Source: Candidatus Parcubacteria bacterium | Lineage (GTDB): Bacteria > Patescibacteriota > Minisyncoccia > UBA6257 > HR35 | Reading direction: 5' to 3' | Assembly: GCA_026004535.1 (NCBI GenBank) | Contig: BPJI01000001.1 | Coordinates: 15,915 to 79,914, forward strand | Length of the DNA stretch: 64,000 bases | In this document: positions 30,288-38,392 of the stretch, in pieces | How positions within the stretch are numbered: position 1 is the stretch's first letter | Layout of the letters: every line of letters begins with the position of its first letter | The notes under the pieces: model-generated | Seen by the model: only the letters and a program-made list of their open reading frames with translations | Databases searched by the model: none | Told to the model about the DNA's origin: nothing | Translations under genes and position numbers: made by a program

Positions 30288-31483
30288 TTATTTAGTTGCT
30301 TCATACAGGGCCTTTATTTCTTGATCTGATAAAGCACGATTGTAGATGCGAACTTCGTCGATGAGACCTTCAAAACGTTAGTCGAAACTACCTATACAAA
30401 TGAATAAGGATCTAGTATCTATCAATCCTGCTCCGAGCAACTGCAGTTGTATCTCTCTCACCATTTAAAAATTATCATTAGCTGCCATTAAGTGAGATAC
30501 AACATAATGCCATTTACCTAAAGAATCATTAGTATTTCCTAATGATCCAGTATTATAATTCTCCATAGTGTTCACGTTTGCTCTAAGAATTAGCTTCACA
30601 TTATCTTGCCTATAAACTCCAGCTTTCCTTTCAATGCCGTGGCTTACATACAATGTTTTCTGAGTTTTTGACTCCAGCCAGTAACATAAACCAAATGAAT
30701 TGTGATTATGCTATCTTATATCTAAAGTTGAGAATGAGGCACCTCTACATAATCATCCACTCCATCAAAACTTAAAGCTTTGCCTACTTTACCATCAACC
30801 CATTGAGGACCATTATAGAGTGTTCCATTATTATTGTTTCCTGAATAATCATTAGCAATATTTCCAGTTCCTTCATCAAAAGACCAATACCCTACAAGTC
30901 CTTGAGCTTGATCAATGAGTCTTTTATTTGTTCCTACTGAAAATAGATGAGGATAATTATCATTGTCTGTTTTTGAGGCTTGAGACTGAGGATTTTCTAA
31001 TTGAGCATAGAGAGCATAACTTCCTCCAGCAACAAATGCATAGTAATATGGAGGTCTATTGATTGGATCAATGAAAAGTCTAGAAAGATTAATGCTTGAA
31101 AATTGATTAAAAGGAATAGGAATCCAGCCAGTACCATCAATATTTGTTGGAGTTGCTGAGCATCAATATGACCAGCCTGAAGGAAGCTGTGGTAATTGAC
31201 TTATCCATTGACCACAAGTTGATGAAGTATCAGGAAGAGAGATATAGACAACATTTGAGGAAGCATATTGAAGTTCAGAAAAGGTGCCTTGAGTTTCAAA
31301 AAGAATAAGGTCAAATATTTTTTCAAGATTTTTAAGGTCTGAAGTTCTTTGACTATCTCTACCTCTTTTAAAGATATCTGCTGGCTTAATGACAACAATT
31401 AAGACAGTAGCTAAGATAGCTATTAGAGCTAAGACAACTAAGAGTTCAACTAAAGTGAAGGATTTATTCATTTTTTTATTCAT
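30288..31483 (-). pseudogene. Type IV prepilin-like protein with a C-terminal LamG domain, disrupted
   Basis: SFTLVELLVV prepilin motif; TGA at 31163-31165; frame resumes for 146 codons with GLVGYWSFDEG and FDGVDDYV; frameshifts in ~30380-30725; ends IDEVRIYNRALS..ATK*. Confidence 0.88.
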
Positions 31484-31495
31484 TTGTTAATTTAA

Positions 31496-31586
31496 GAATT
31501 AATGAATTACGAGTTAACGGGTTATTTAATATTTTTAATTATAACTCGTTAATTCGTTAACTCGTTAATTGAGGAATTATTGAATT
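31496..31586. repeat. 8-mer (TAACGAGT/ACTCGTTA) fold-back repeat
   Basis: ttacgagttaacgggtt ... aactcgttaattcgttaactcgttaa. Confidence 0.75.
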
Positions 31587-31593
31587 GGTTTAA

Positions 31594-31899
31594 TTATAAC
31601 ATAAATTTTTTAAAATTTTTTGATTTTGGGTTATAAATCCAGAGTTCGTAAGAAATTTTTTTAGGTTTGGGGAGTTTAAAAATTTTTTTAATTTTATAAG
31701 GTCTTTTTCTTTGTTTTTGAACTTGAATCAATTTTAGTTCTTTTTTATTTAAGGCAATCAAATCAAATAGCCCAAAAATATCTTGGGAATGAAATTTTAC
31801 TCTAACAGGTTTCCAAACTAAAAATTTATCATTTTTCAATTCCTCAAAAGCAATCTTTTCAATTCTCTGTCCCCTTTTCCTTCTTTGTATTTTCATCAA
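31594..31899 (-). CDS. Small PD-(D/E)XK nuclease, Hjc-like
   Basis: RGQRIE N-terminal helix, FDLIAL, LIQVQ (Q at the usual catalytic K position). Confidence 0.65.
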   Translation of the reverse strand: MMKIQRRKRGQRIEKIAFEELKNDKFLVWKPVRVKFHSQDIFGLFDLIALNKKELKLIQVQKQRKRPYKIKKIFKLPKPKKISYELWIYNPKSKNFKKFML

Positions 31900-32206
31900 T
31901 TAATTTTAAAACTCTTTCAGCTAATTTAAACTCAAATGATGGATAAAAAATAATTTTTGAAGGCAAATATCTTAAATAAACATTTTTTCTAATTTCATCT
32001 TTAATTGTTTTTTGCTTTTTATTTAAATAACCAATAATATTTTCTATATCGTTTTCTGGGAAAACACTTAGATAAACTTTCATCACCCCTCCTTTTTTGG
32101 GTAGTTTTAAATCAACAATCGTTAACAAAACATTTTTCTTTGGATTTAACTTATAAATTATCTCTGATATTTTTCTAATTGTTTCAAACTTTTTGCGTTC
32201 TTTCAT
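31859..32206 (-). CDS. rbfA: Ribosome-binding factor A
   Basis: LLTIVD..KVYLSVFP...LRYLP.IIF KH-type pattern; 115 aa. Confidence 0.75.
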   Translation of the reverse strand: MKERKKFETIRKISEIIYKLNPKKNVLLTIVDLKLPKKGGVMKVYLSVFPENDIENIIGYLNKKQKTIKDEIRKNVYLRYLPSKIIFYPSFEFKLAERVLKLIDENTKKEKGTEN

Positions 32207-32213
32207 TTTATTT

Positions 32214-32570
32214 AACGCGGAAGCAGCTGTAAAATATTTTTACCCGGATATTAACCGGATTTAGACCGGATATAATACCCGGATGTGAACCGGATAATAT
32301 TACCCGGATATAGACCGAATATACTACCCAGATATAAACCGGATGATTTATAAAATATTTTTTATCCGGTACTCATCCGGTTAAAACAATCCGGGTGGCT
32401 ATCCGGGTAATCTATTCCGGTAATCATACGGGTAGATATTTTTATCCGGTGTTTATCCGGGTAAAATAATCTGGTAATAGTCCGGGTAAATATATATCCG
32501 GTTGGTTATCCGGGTAACTATATCCGGTAGACCATCCGGGTAGTTAAAACATTTCTGCAGTTGTCAGCTG
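32214..32570. repeat. CCGGAT fold-back array, copy D
   Basis: Near-identical reverse complement of 62161-62486; ends aacgcggaagcagctg and ctgcagttgtcagctg. Confidence 0.97.
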
Positions 32571-33766
32571 ATTTCAATTATTCCAAAATCATTTTTGCCT
32601 TTTTTGATCAAATAAAATCTTTTTAATAAAAAATAAGATTTCACTCCTTTTTGATCAATCAATCTCTTAGCTTCATTTTTTGAATGAACTAAACCTAAAT
32701 CAATCAAATTTTTTTCTAAATTAAATTTATCTTTTTTATAAGGTAAAAATTTTTTCAAAAAATTAATTTCAGCTAAATTTAAATCTTCTGGTTTTGTTTC
32801 AAAAAGAAGTTTTGTTAATTTAATCACATTTTCTTTTTCTTTTTGACCATATAAAAGCTCAACTAACTCTTCGGCTAATGATTTTTGTAAAATTCTAGAA
32901 GCTTTATTTTTTTGCCATTCATTTTCTAATTCTTCAATTTCTTTTAAATCTTTAAAAGAAAAATATCTCATTAAGGTTGGTGTTAAATCATCGGAAACAT
33001 TAAATAAAAATTGATACAATTTAAATGGAGGGGTTTTTTGAGGATCAAGCCAAATATTTTCACCAGCTTCTGTTTTGCCAAATTTTCTTCCTGTTTGGGG
33101 GTCAATCAATAAAGGATAAACTAGGCCATAAGCTTTTTGATTTAATTTTTTTCTTATTAATTCAATTCCTTGAACAATATTACCTAATTGATCAGAACCA
33201 CCAATCTGAACCTGACAATTATATTTTTGAAACAAAACTAAAAAATCATAAGACTGTAATAATTGATAAGTAAATTCGGCAAAAGAAATGCCTTCTTTAG
33301 CTTGAAGTCTCGTTTTAATAAATTCTAAATCAAGCATTGAGTTAACAGGTACAAATTTTCCTATTTCTCTTAAAAATTTGATTAAAGTAATATCCTTAAG
33401 CCACAAAGCATTATCAACTAAAATGACATTTTTCTTATCAAAATCAAAAATTCTTTCTAATTGCTTTCTTATTTTTCTTTTATTAGCCTCAATAACTTCA
33501 ATTGGCAATATCGGTCTTTCTTTTTCTTTACCTGAAGGATCACCAATTAAAGTTGTGCCACCACCTAAAAGTAAAATAACTTTATGACCAAAATTATTAA
33601 TTCTTTTTAAAGTTAAAAGACCCAGTAAATGGCCAAGATGCAAACTATCCCCAGTCAAATCAACTCCAAAATAACAAACTGTTTCTTTTCTAAAAGTCTC
33701 TTCAATGCCCGGTGTTGCTTGATAAATTAAGCCACGAAGTGAAAGTTCATCGATAATAGTTTTCAT
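32564..33766 (-). CDS. tyrS: Tyrosine--tRNA ligase
   Basis: SLHLGH, EFTYQLLQSYDF, QIGGSDQ, KFGKT. Confidence 0.97.
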   Translation of the reverse strand: MKTIIDELSLRGLIYQATPGIEETFRKETVCYFGVDLTGDSLHLGHLLGLLTLKRINNFGHKVILLLGGGTTLIGDPSGKEKERPILPIEVIEANKRKIRKQLERIFDFDKKNVILVDNALWLKDITLIKFLREIGKFVPVNSMLDLEFIKTRLQAKEGISFAEFTYQLLQSYDFLVLFQKYNCQVQIGGSDQLGNIVQGIELIRKKLNQKAYGLVYPLLIDPQTGRKFGKTEAGENIWLDPQKTPPFKLYQFLFNVSDDLTPTLMRYFSFKDLKEIEELENEWQKNKASRILQKSLAEELVELLYGQKEKENVIKLTKLLFETKPEDLNLAEINFLKKFLPYKKDKFNLEKNLIDLGLVHSKNEAKRLIDQKGVKSYFLLKRFYLIKKGKNDFGIIEIS

Positions 33767-34236
33767 ATAAGTCGATCAGCTATTTTACTAGCAGCATAAG
33801 ATTCAGGTTTAATTTTGACTTCAAAACCATAGCCACGGATTAAATTAATGATTTCTTTAACAGAAGAGGAACTTTTACCAACTGTACCTAAATCAAGATG
33901 AAGTTCAAATTGAAAAGACAGTTTTCTTTGAGTTAAAATTTTTAAAAGTTCTTGACTGATATTTAAACTCAATAAAGCTTCTTGCCACAATCTTTCATGT
34001 AAACGAAATTTTGAATTACAAATTTTTCTTTGCCAAAAATAACGCGAGCCATAACCAATACGATGAATAACAATAACTGAAACAAAATCAATTTTGTGGT
34101 CAAATATTTCCGAATCAGTACCAACTAAAATACGATAATTAAAATTATTATCAGCCAAAATAAAATCTTCAATTTCTTTAATCAACCTCTCTTTGGTTAA
34201 TTTTTCGCCTTTAGCAGTTTTAAAACCTTCAAGCAT
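33763..34236 (-). CDS. YkuK/DUF458 RNase H-like protein
   Basis: VGTDS, HRIG.G, ELHLD.G..GKS, IKPESYAAS.IADR. Confidence 0.85.
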   Translation of the reverse strand: MLEGFKTAKGEKLTKERLIKEIEDFILADNNFNYRILVGTDSEIFDHKIDFVSVIVIHRIGYGSRYFWQRKICNSKFRLHERLWQEALLSLNISQELLKILTQRKLSFQFELHLDLGTVGKSSSSVKEIINLIRGYGFEVKIKPESYAASKIADRLI

Positions 34237-34251
34237 TAGTTTTATTATAAT

Positions 34252-35295
34252 TTAAACCCTATCTCTTGTCAAACCTTGTAAAATACCTAAAAGCCATAAA
34301 TCAAAAACCAAATAGGAACCACCATAACTTAGAAATGGCACAGGTAAACCAATAATCGGAAAAATACCAAAATTAACTAAAGTTGTTAATAGATATTTAG
34401 CTAAAAAATACTGAGAAATAACAAAAAGAAAATTTTTGGTTAAAGGATTTTTATGAAAATTTTGAGCCTTAATCAACTCATAAATTAAAAGAAAAATAAG
34501 CAAAGAATAAATAATAAAGATGAAAATACCCCTTTCTTCAATTAAAAATGTCAAAATAAAATCAGTCGGAGCAGAAGGCAAAAATCCTAAACGACCAATT
34601 TCTCCTAGACCAATTCCTTTACCAAAAAAGCTACTCGTACCTAAGGAAAGTTTAATTTGTCTTAAATTATAACCGGATTTTAAAGGATCAGTATCAGGAT
34701 TAACAAAAACTAAAATTCTTTCTTTCTGATATTCCTTTAAAACAAAAAACCATAAAAGAAAAAAAATTAAAATCAAGATCACCGAACCGAGAAGAATTTC
34801 TTTCTTGGACAAATAAGAAATTATAACCAAAAGCCAAATTAAAAAGTATAAAAAGGCCATTCCCCAATCAGGCTGAAGTAAAATCAAAATTAAGTAAGGA
34901 ATTAAAGTAATTGAAGAATAAATTAAATAGATTGGATTGATTAAATCAAGCTGATATTTGCTTAAAAAATTTACTAGTAAGAGAAAAAAACCGATTTTAC
35001 TAAATTCGGCTGGTTGAAAAGAAAAACCAAAAATGTTAAACCAACTTTTTAAATGTCCAGGAGTGAAAAGAACTAAAATTAAAATCAAAAAAGAAAGAAA
35101 TATAATTATATAAGAGAAATATTTTTCAAAAAGAAAGCGATAATCAACGAATAGAAAAGAAAAAAATAAGAAAAAACCTATTAGCCAAAAAAGATATTGT
35201 TTATAAAATAAGTCTAAACGATCAAGAGCAAAAAGGGCAGTTAAAGAAATTACCATTAAATTGAGTAAAATTAAAATAATTAATGATTGATTCAT
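34252..35295 (-). CDS. rodA: SEDS family protein RodA/FtsW
   Basis: FQPAEFSK, LQPDWG, PSAPTDF, PFLSYGGS; start reassigned to MNQSL. Confidence 0.88.
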   Translation of the reverse strand: MNQSLIILILLNLMVISLTALFALDRLDLFYKQYLFWLIGFFLFFSFLFVDYRFLFEKYFSYIIIFLSFLILILVLFTPGHLKSWFNIFGFSFQPAEFSKIGFFLLLVNFLSKYQLDLINPIYLIYSSITLIPYLILILLQPDWGMAFLYFLIWLLVIISYLSKKEILLGSVILILIFFLLWFFVLKEYQKERILVFVNPDTDPLKSGYNLRQIKLSLGTSSFFGKGIGLGEIGRLGFLPSAPTDFILTFLIEERGIFIFIIYSLLIFLLIYELIKAQNFHKNPLTKNFLFVISQYFLAKYLLTTLVNFGIFPIIGLPVPFLSYGGSYLVFDLWLLGILQGLTRDRV

Positions 35296-35446
35296 GGCTT
35301 TAAAAGAAAAGTTTAAAAACAAGGAAAAATTAATATTATTATCTATAATTTTGCTTTTAAATTTATTTAGTTTTGGTCTTGGCTTTATTTTAGGGTCGAG
35401 ACTTTTTCTTCCTAATCCAATTATAATCAATGGAATTTCTTTCTAG
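35294..35446 (+). CDS. Unannotated 50-aa single-TM protein
   Basis: MALKEKFKNKEKLILLSIILLLNLFSFGLGFILGSRLFLPNPIIINGISF*; below the ORF-track length cut-off. Confidence 0.65.
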   Translation: MALKEKFKNKEKLILLSIILLLNLFSFGLGFILGSRLFLPNPIIINGISF

Positions 35447-35543
35447 TGCCTTTGATCTTTTAGGTAAATTTTTATTTTTTCTTTTCCTGATAATTTTTCT
35501 TTCTTATCGTTGGTTAAAAAACTATATCAACAATTTTTGGCTT

Positions 35544-37187
35544 TCAATTTAATTTTTTAAATAAAGGCTCCGGTTTTTGAGTTAACTTAATATTTCTTAA
35601 TAAACCGAAAACAAAATTATCTTGACCAGTTTTTGTTTCTATCTTTAAGTTAAAAAATTGACTCAATTTTTCCATCGCTTGAGGGATAAATGGCCAGAGT
35701 AAAATTCTTAAATTATTAATTATTTGAAAACAAGAGAAAATTATTTCTTCACATTTATTTTTATTTTCATTCAAAAGTTTCCAGGGTTCATTTTTATCCA
35801 AATACTGATTAGCAAAATTTACATAATCTAAAATTAAATTAAAAGTTTTAACCATCTCGCATTTTTCTAAATTTTCTTGATAAAGTTTTAAAGTTTCTTC
35901 AGTTTTTACTAAAACCTCTTGGGTTAGATTTTCATTTTCAATTTTTTGATTTAATTTTTGTTGAAAAAAAATTAAAACCCGATGAATAAAATTACCTATT
36001 TTATCGACCAACTCATTATTGATTGTTTCTTTAAATTCTTGCCACTTAAAATCAGCGTCTTTATTTTCCGGTAAAATCGAAGCAATATAAAATCTAACAT
36101 TCTCGACACCATACTTTTTAGCAATCTCTAAAGAGTCAATATGAATGCCACGACTTTTGGAAAATTTTTTACCTTCTAAAAGTAAAAAATTATTAACAGC
36201 TGGAAAATAAGGTAAATTGTATCCTTTTTCTTGACCAATTAACTGGCCAGGCCAAAAAATAGTATGAAAAATTAAATTATCTTTACCCATAAAATAATAA
36301 TGTCGACAAGAAGAATCAAGCCAAAAATCTTCCCAATCTTTATTGTTTTTTTTTGCCCATTCAACTGAAGCCGAAAAATAACCAATTACCGCCTCAAACC
36401 AAACATAAAATCTTTTATGTTCAATATTATCAATTAAAAAATTAGTTGAAATTTTATTTTTTGGTATTTCAATGCCCCAGTCAATATCCCGAGTAATTGC
36501 TCTTGCTCTTAATCCTTCTTTTAAATAGCCAACTGATTCATTGTAAACCCATTTTCGCCAATGATTAGAATTAAAAACAAAATTCTCAATTTGTTTTTGT
36601 AATTTTGAATAATCAAGAAAATAATGCTCTGTTTCTTTTAAAATAACGCTTGAACCAGTTAATTTACTTTTGGGATTGATTAGTTCTCCTGGTTCTAAGC
36701 TTCGACCACAATTTTCACATTGATCACCTCTCTGTTCTTTAGCTTGACAATGCTTACATTCGCCTTCAACATAACGGTCAGGTAAAAATTTATTTTCTGT
36801 TAGAGAAAAATATTGATAAGATTTTTGTCTACTAATATAACCTTTATTTAATAAATTCAAAAAGAACTCTTGAGTGATTTTTTTATGATTGTCAGTTGTA
36901 GTTGAAGTAAAAAGATCATAAGTTATTTGATAAGTTTGAATTAATTCTAAAACTTTAGGCGTATACTCAGCCACTAAATCTTGAGGAGAAATTTTTCTTT
37001 TATCAGCTTCAATAGTAATTGGTGTTCCATGACAATCTGTACCTGAAACCATCAATGTCTCATAGCCTTTTAATCTACAAAAGCGAGAAAAAATATCAGC
37101 TGGAATTAAATAACCAGCTAAATGACCAACATGTAAATCTCCGTTCACATAAGGCCAAGCTGTACCAATAAAGATTTTTTTTATCAT
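35544..37187 (-). CDS. metG: Methionine--tRNA ligase
   Basis: WPYVNG.LHVGH, CxxC knuckles, GKDN..FH, KFSKS. Confidence 0.97.
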   Translation of the reverse strand: MIKKIFIGTAWPYVNGDLHVGHLAGYLIPADIFSRFCRLKGYETLMVSGTDCHGTPITIEADKRKISPQDLVAEYTPKVLELIQTYQITYDLFTSTTTDNHKKITQEFFLNLLNKGYISRQKSYQYFSLTENKFLPDRYVEGECKHCQAKEQRGDQCENCGRSLEPGELINPKSKLTGSSVILKETEHYFLDYSKLQKQIENFVFNSNHWRKWVYNESVGYLKEGLRARAITRDIDWGIEIPKNKISTNFLIDNIEHKRFYVWFEAVIGYFSASVEWAKKNNKDWEDFWLDSSCRHYYFMGKDNLIFHTIFWPGQLIGQEKGYNLPYFPAVNNFLLLEGKKFSKSRGIHIDSLEIAKKYGVENVRFYIASILPENKDADFKWQEFKETINNELVDKIGNFIHRVLIFFQQKLNQKIENENLTQEVLVKTEETLKLYQENLEKCEMVKTFNLILDYVNFANQYLDKNEPWKLLNENKNKCEEIIFSCFQIINNLRILLWPFIPQAMEKLSQFFNLKIETKTGQDNFVFGLLRNIKLTQKPEPLFKKLN

Positions 37188-37296
37188 TTTTAAAATGGTC
37201 TGTTTTATAATTATTTATATTATAATAAAAACAAGACGTACGACGTTCATTCTGAAACCTAACCACTAAAAGCTGATTAGCCGTAAAGTTTTTTAT

Positions 37297-37511
37297 TTGC
37301 TCCTGTAGCTCAATTGGAACAATAGTTGCCTTTCAAGCAAACAAAAGATCGTTTAGCTAAAAAACCCCCGAAAATATATTAATTTTTTGTTTAAATCTTT
37401 TCCTTATAGGAGAAAAAAATAGTAACACAAAATTCATATTTTGTCAATAGCGATTGACTAAAACAAAATTTGCTTTTAAAATCAATGTTTTTATAATATA
37501 ATTAAATTGTT
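37297..37511 (+). mobile_element. ~190-bp insert preceded by a duplicate of the tRNA-Arg 5' end
   Basis: ttgctcctgtagctcaattggaa at 37297-37319 is identical to 37510-37532. Confidence 0.65.
37454..37482 (+). promoter_or_regulatory. Sigma70-like promoter for tRNA-Arg, located inside the insert
   Basis: TTGACT-17 nt-TAAAAT. Confidence 0.55.
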
Positions 37512-37584
37512 GCTCCTGTAGCTCAATTGGAAGAGCGTGTGGCTTCGGACCACAAGGCTGGAGGTTCGAGTCCTCCCAGGAGCA
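37512..37584 (+). tRNA. tRNA-Arg(TCG)
   Basis: GCTCCTG/CAGGAGC acceptor stem, anticodon loop CTTCGGA. Confidence 0.95.
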
Positions 37585-37747
37585 AAAAAAATCAATTTGT
37601 CAAGTATTGAAAAGAGATTAAAAAATTAATTAAAAATTGGAAATTTTTAATGGTTTTCCCTATCTCTAAATCATTTTTATTATTTCTTCTGTTATAGCAA
37701 TGAGTAATGGAAAAATTAATAAGAGATTCGATGCTTTAAATTTTTTG

Positions 37748-37927
37748 TGCTGGGGGTGGGACTCGAAAACGGTAAACTCCACGCCAGTATTATCAAAAAC
37801 AAAGCCCTTTGACTCTCGTTCCTGTTTAGTGATTTTAATTCGTTGGATTGTAGTGGGTTCATCGCCCACCCTCAGCTGGTAATGATAGTTTTGTGAACGA
37901 CATAAAGGTTCTACTCCATTACGTTTT
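37748..37927 (-). mobile_element. tRNA-3'-end-associated element, Leu copy
   Basis: Exact 20-bp direct repeat (37748-37767 = 37928-37947), inverted copy at 37853-37876, three blocks shared with the Ser copy. Confidence 0.85.
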
Positions 37928-38013
37928 TGCTGGGGGTGGGACTCGAACCCACATGCTCCAAAAGGAGCCCATGGTCCTAAGCCATGGCTGTCTACCAATT
38001 CCAGCACCCCAGC
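37928..38013 (-). tRNA. tRNA-Leu(TAG)
   Basis: Anticodon loop CTTAGGA, long variable arm. Confidence 0.95.
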
Positions 38014-38021
38014 ATCAGAAT

Positions 38022-38160
38022 GAATATCCGTGTAAATCCGTGGTTATTTGATAATCCGTGTACCCCGAACCAGAGCAAAGCACGATTCGGGGTTACCCCG
38101 TACCGTACTTCATTTCTGGTACGGGGTAAATCCGTTTTAAATCCGTGTAAGTCCGTGGTT
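38022..38160. repeat. ATCCGTG-unit array interrupted by a double ACCCCG..CGGGGT palindrome
   Basis: atccgtgtaaatccgtggtt units; insert 38061-38127 bounded by TA. Confidence 0.85.
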
Positions 38161-38392
38161 ATTTAAAAAACATCTCAATTAATTTAGGAATTGTCCTTGA
38201 AAGAAAAACTAAAACAATCCCTCCTAAAATCAAACCCCATCTTTTATGAACTTTCTTTATTTTTTCTTCAGCTGGCGAAGTTATATAAATTATGCCTAAA
38301 TAAATTATAACTCCAGCCAACAAACTAAGAGATAAAACAAAAATCAAATTAAACAAACTATTAATTAACTTTAAAAATCCTGGCTCGATCAT
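38159..38392 (-). CDS. TrbC/VirB2-like pilin
   Basis: Two TM helices joined by GIIYITS..EEKIKK. Confidence 0.7.
   Translation of the reverse strand: MIEPGFLKLINSLFNLIFVLSLSLLAGVIIYLGIIYITSPAEEKIKKVHKRWGLILGGIVLVFLSRTIPKLIEMFFK

Noticed and set aside
30288-30800. Diversity-generating retroelement target
   Set aside because: No reverse transcriptase or template repeat in the window, and the lesions are indels rather than adenine substitutions
31163-31165. TGA recoded as Gly/Trp (code 25 or 4) in the pilin gene
   Set aside because: TGA ends many intact genes here (ATGA overlaps, tyrS, metG), and long conserved genes have no in-frame TGA
37666-38166. ORFs 37666-38007, 37700-37882 and 37984-38166
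   Set aside because: They run through tRNA-Leu, the trailer element and repeats; spurious
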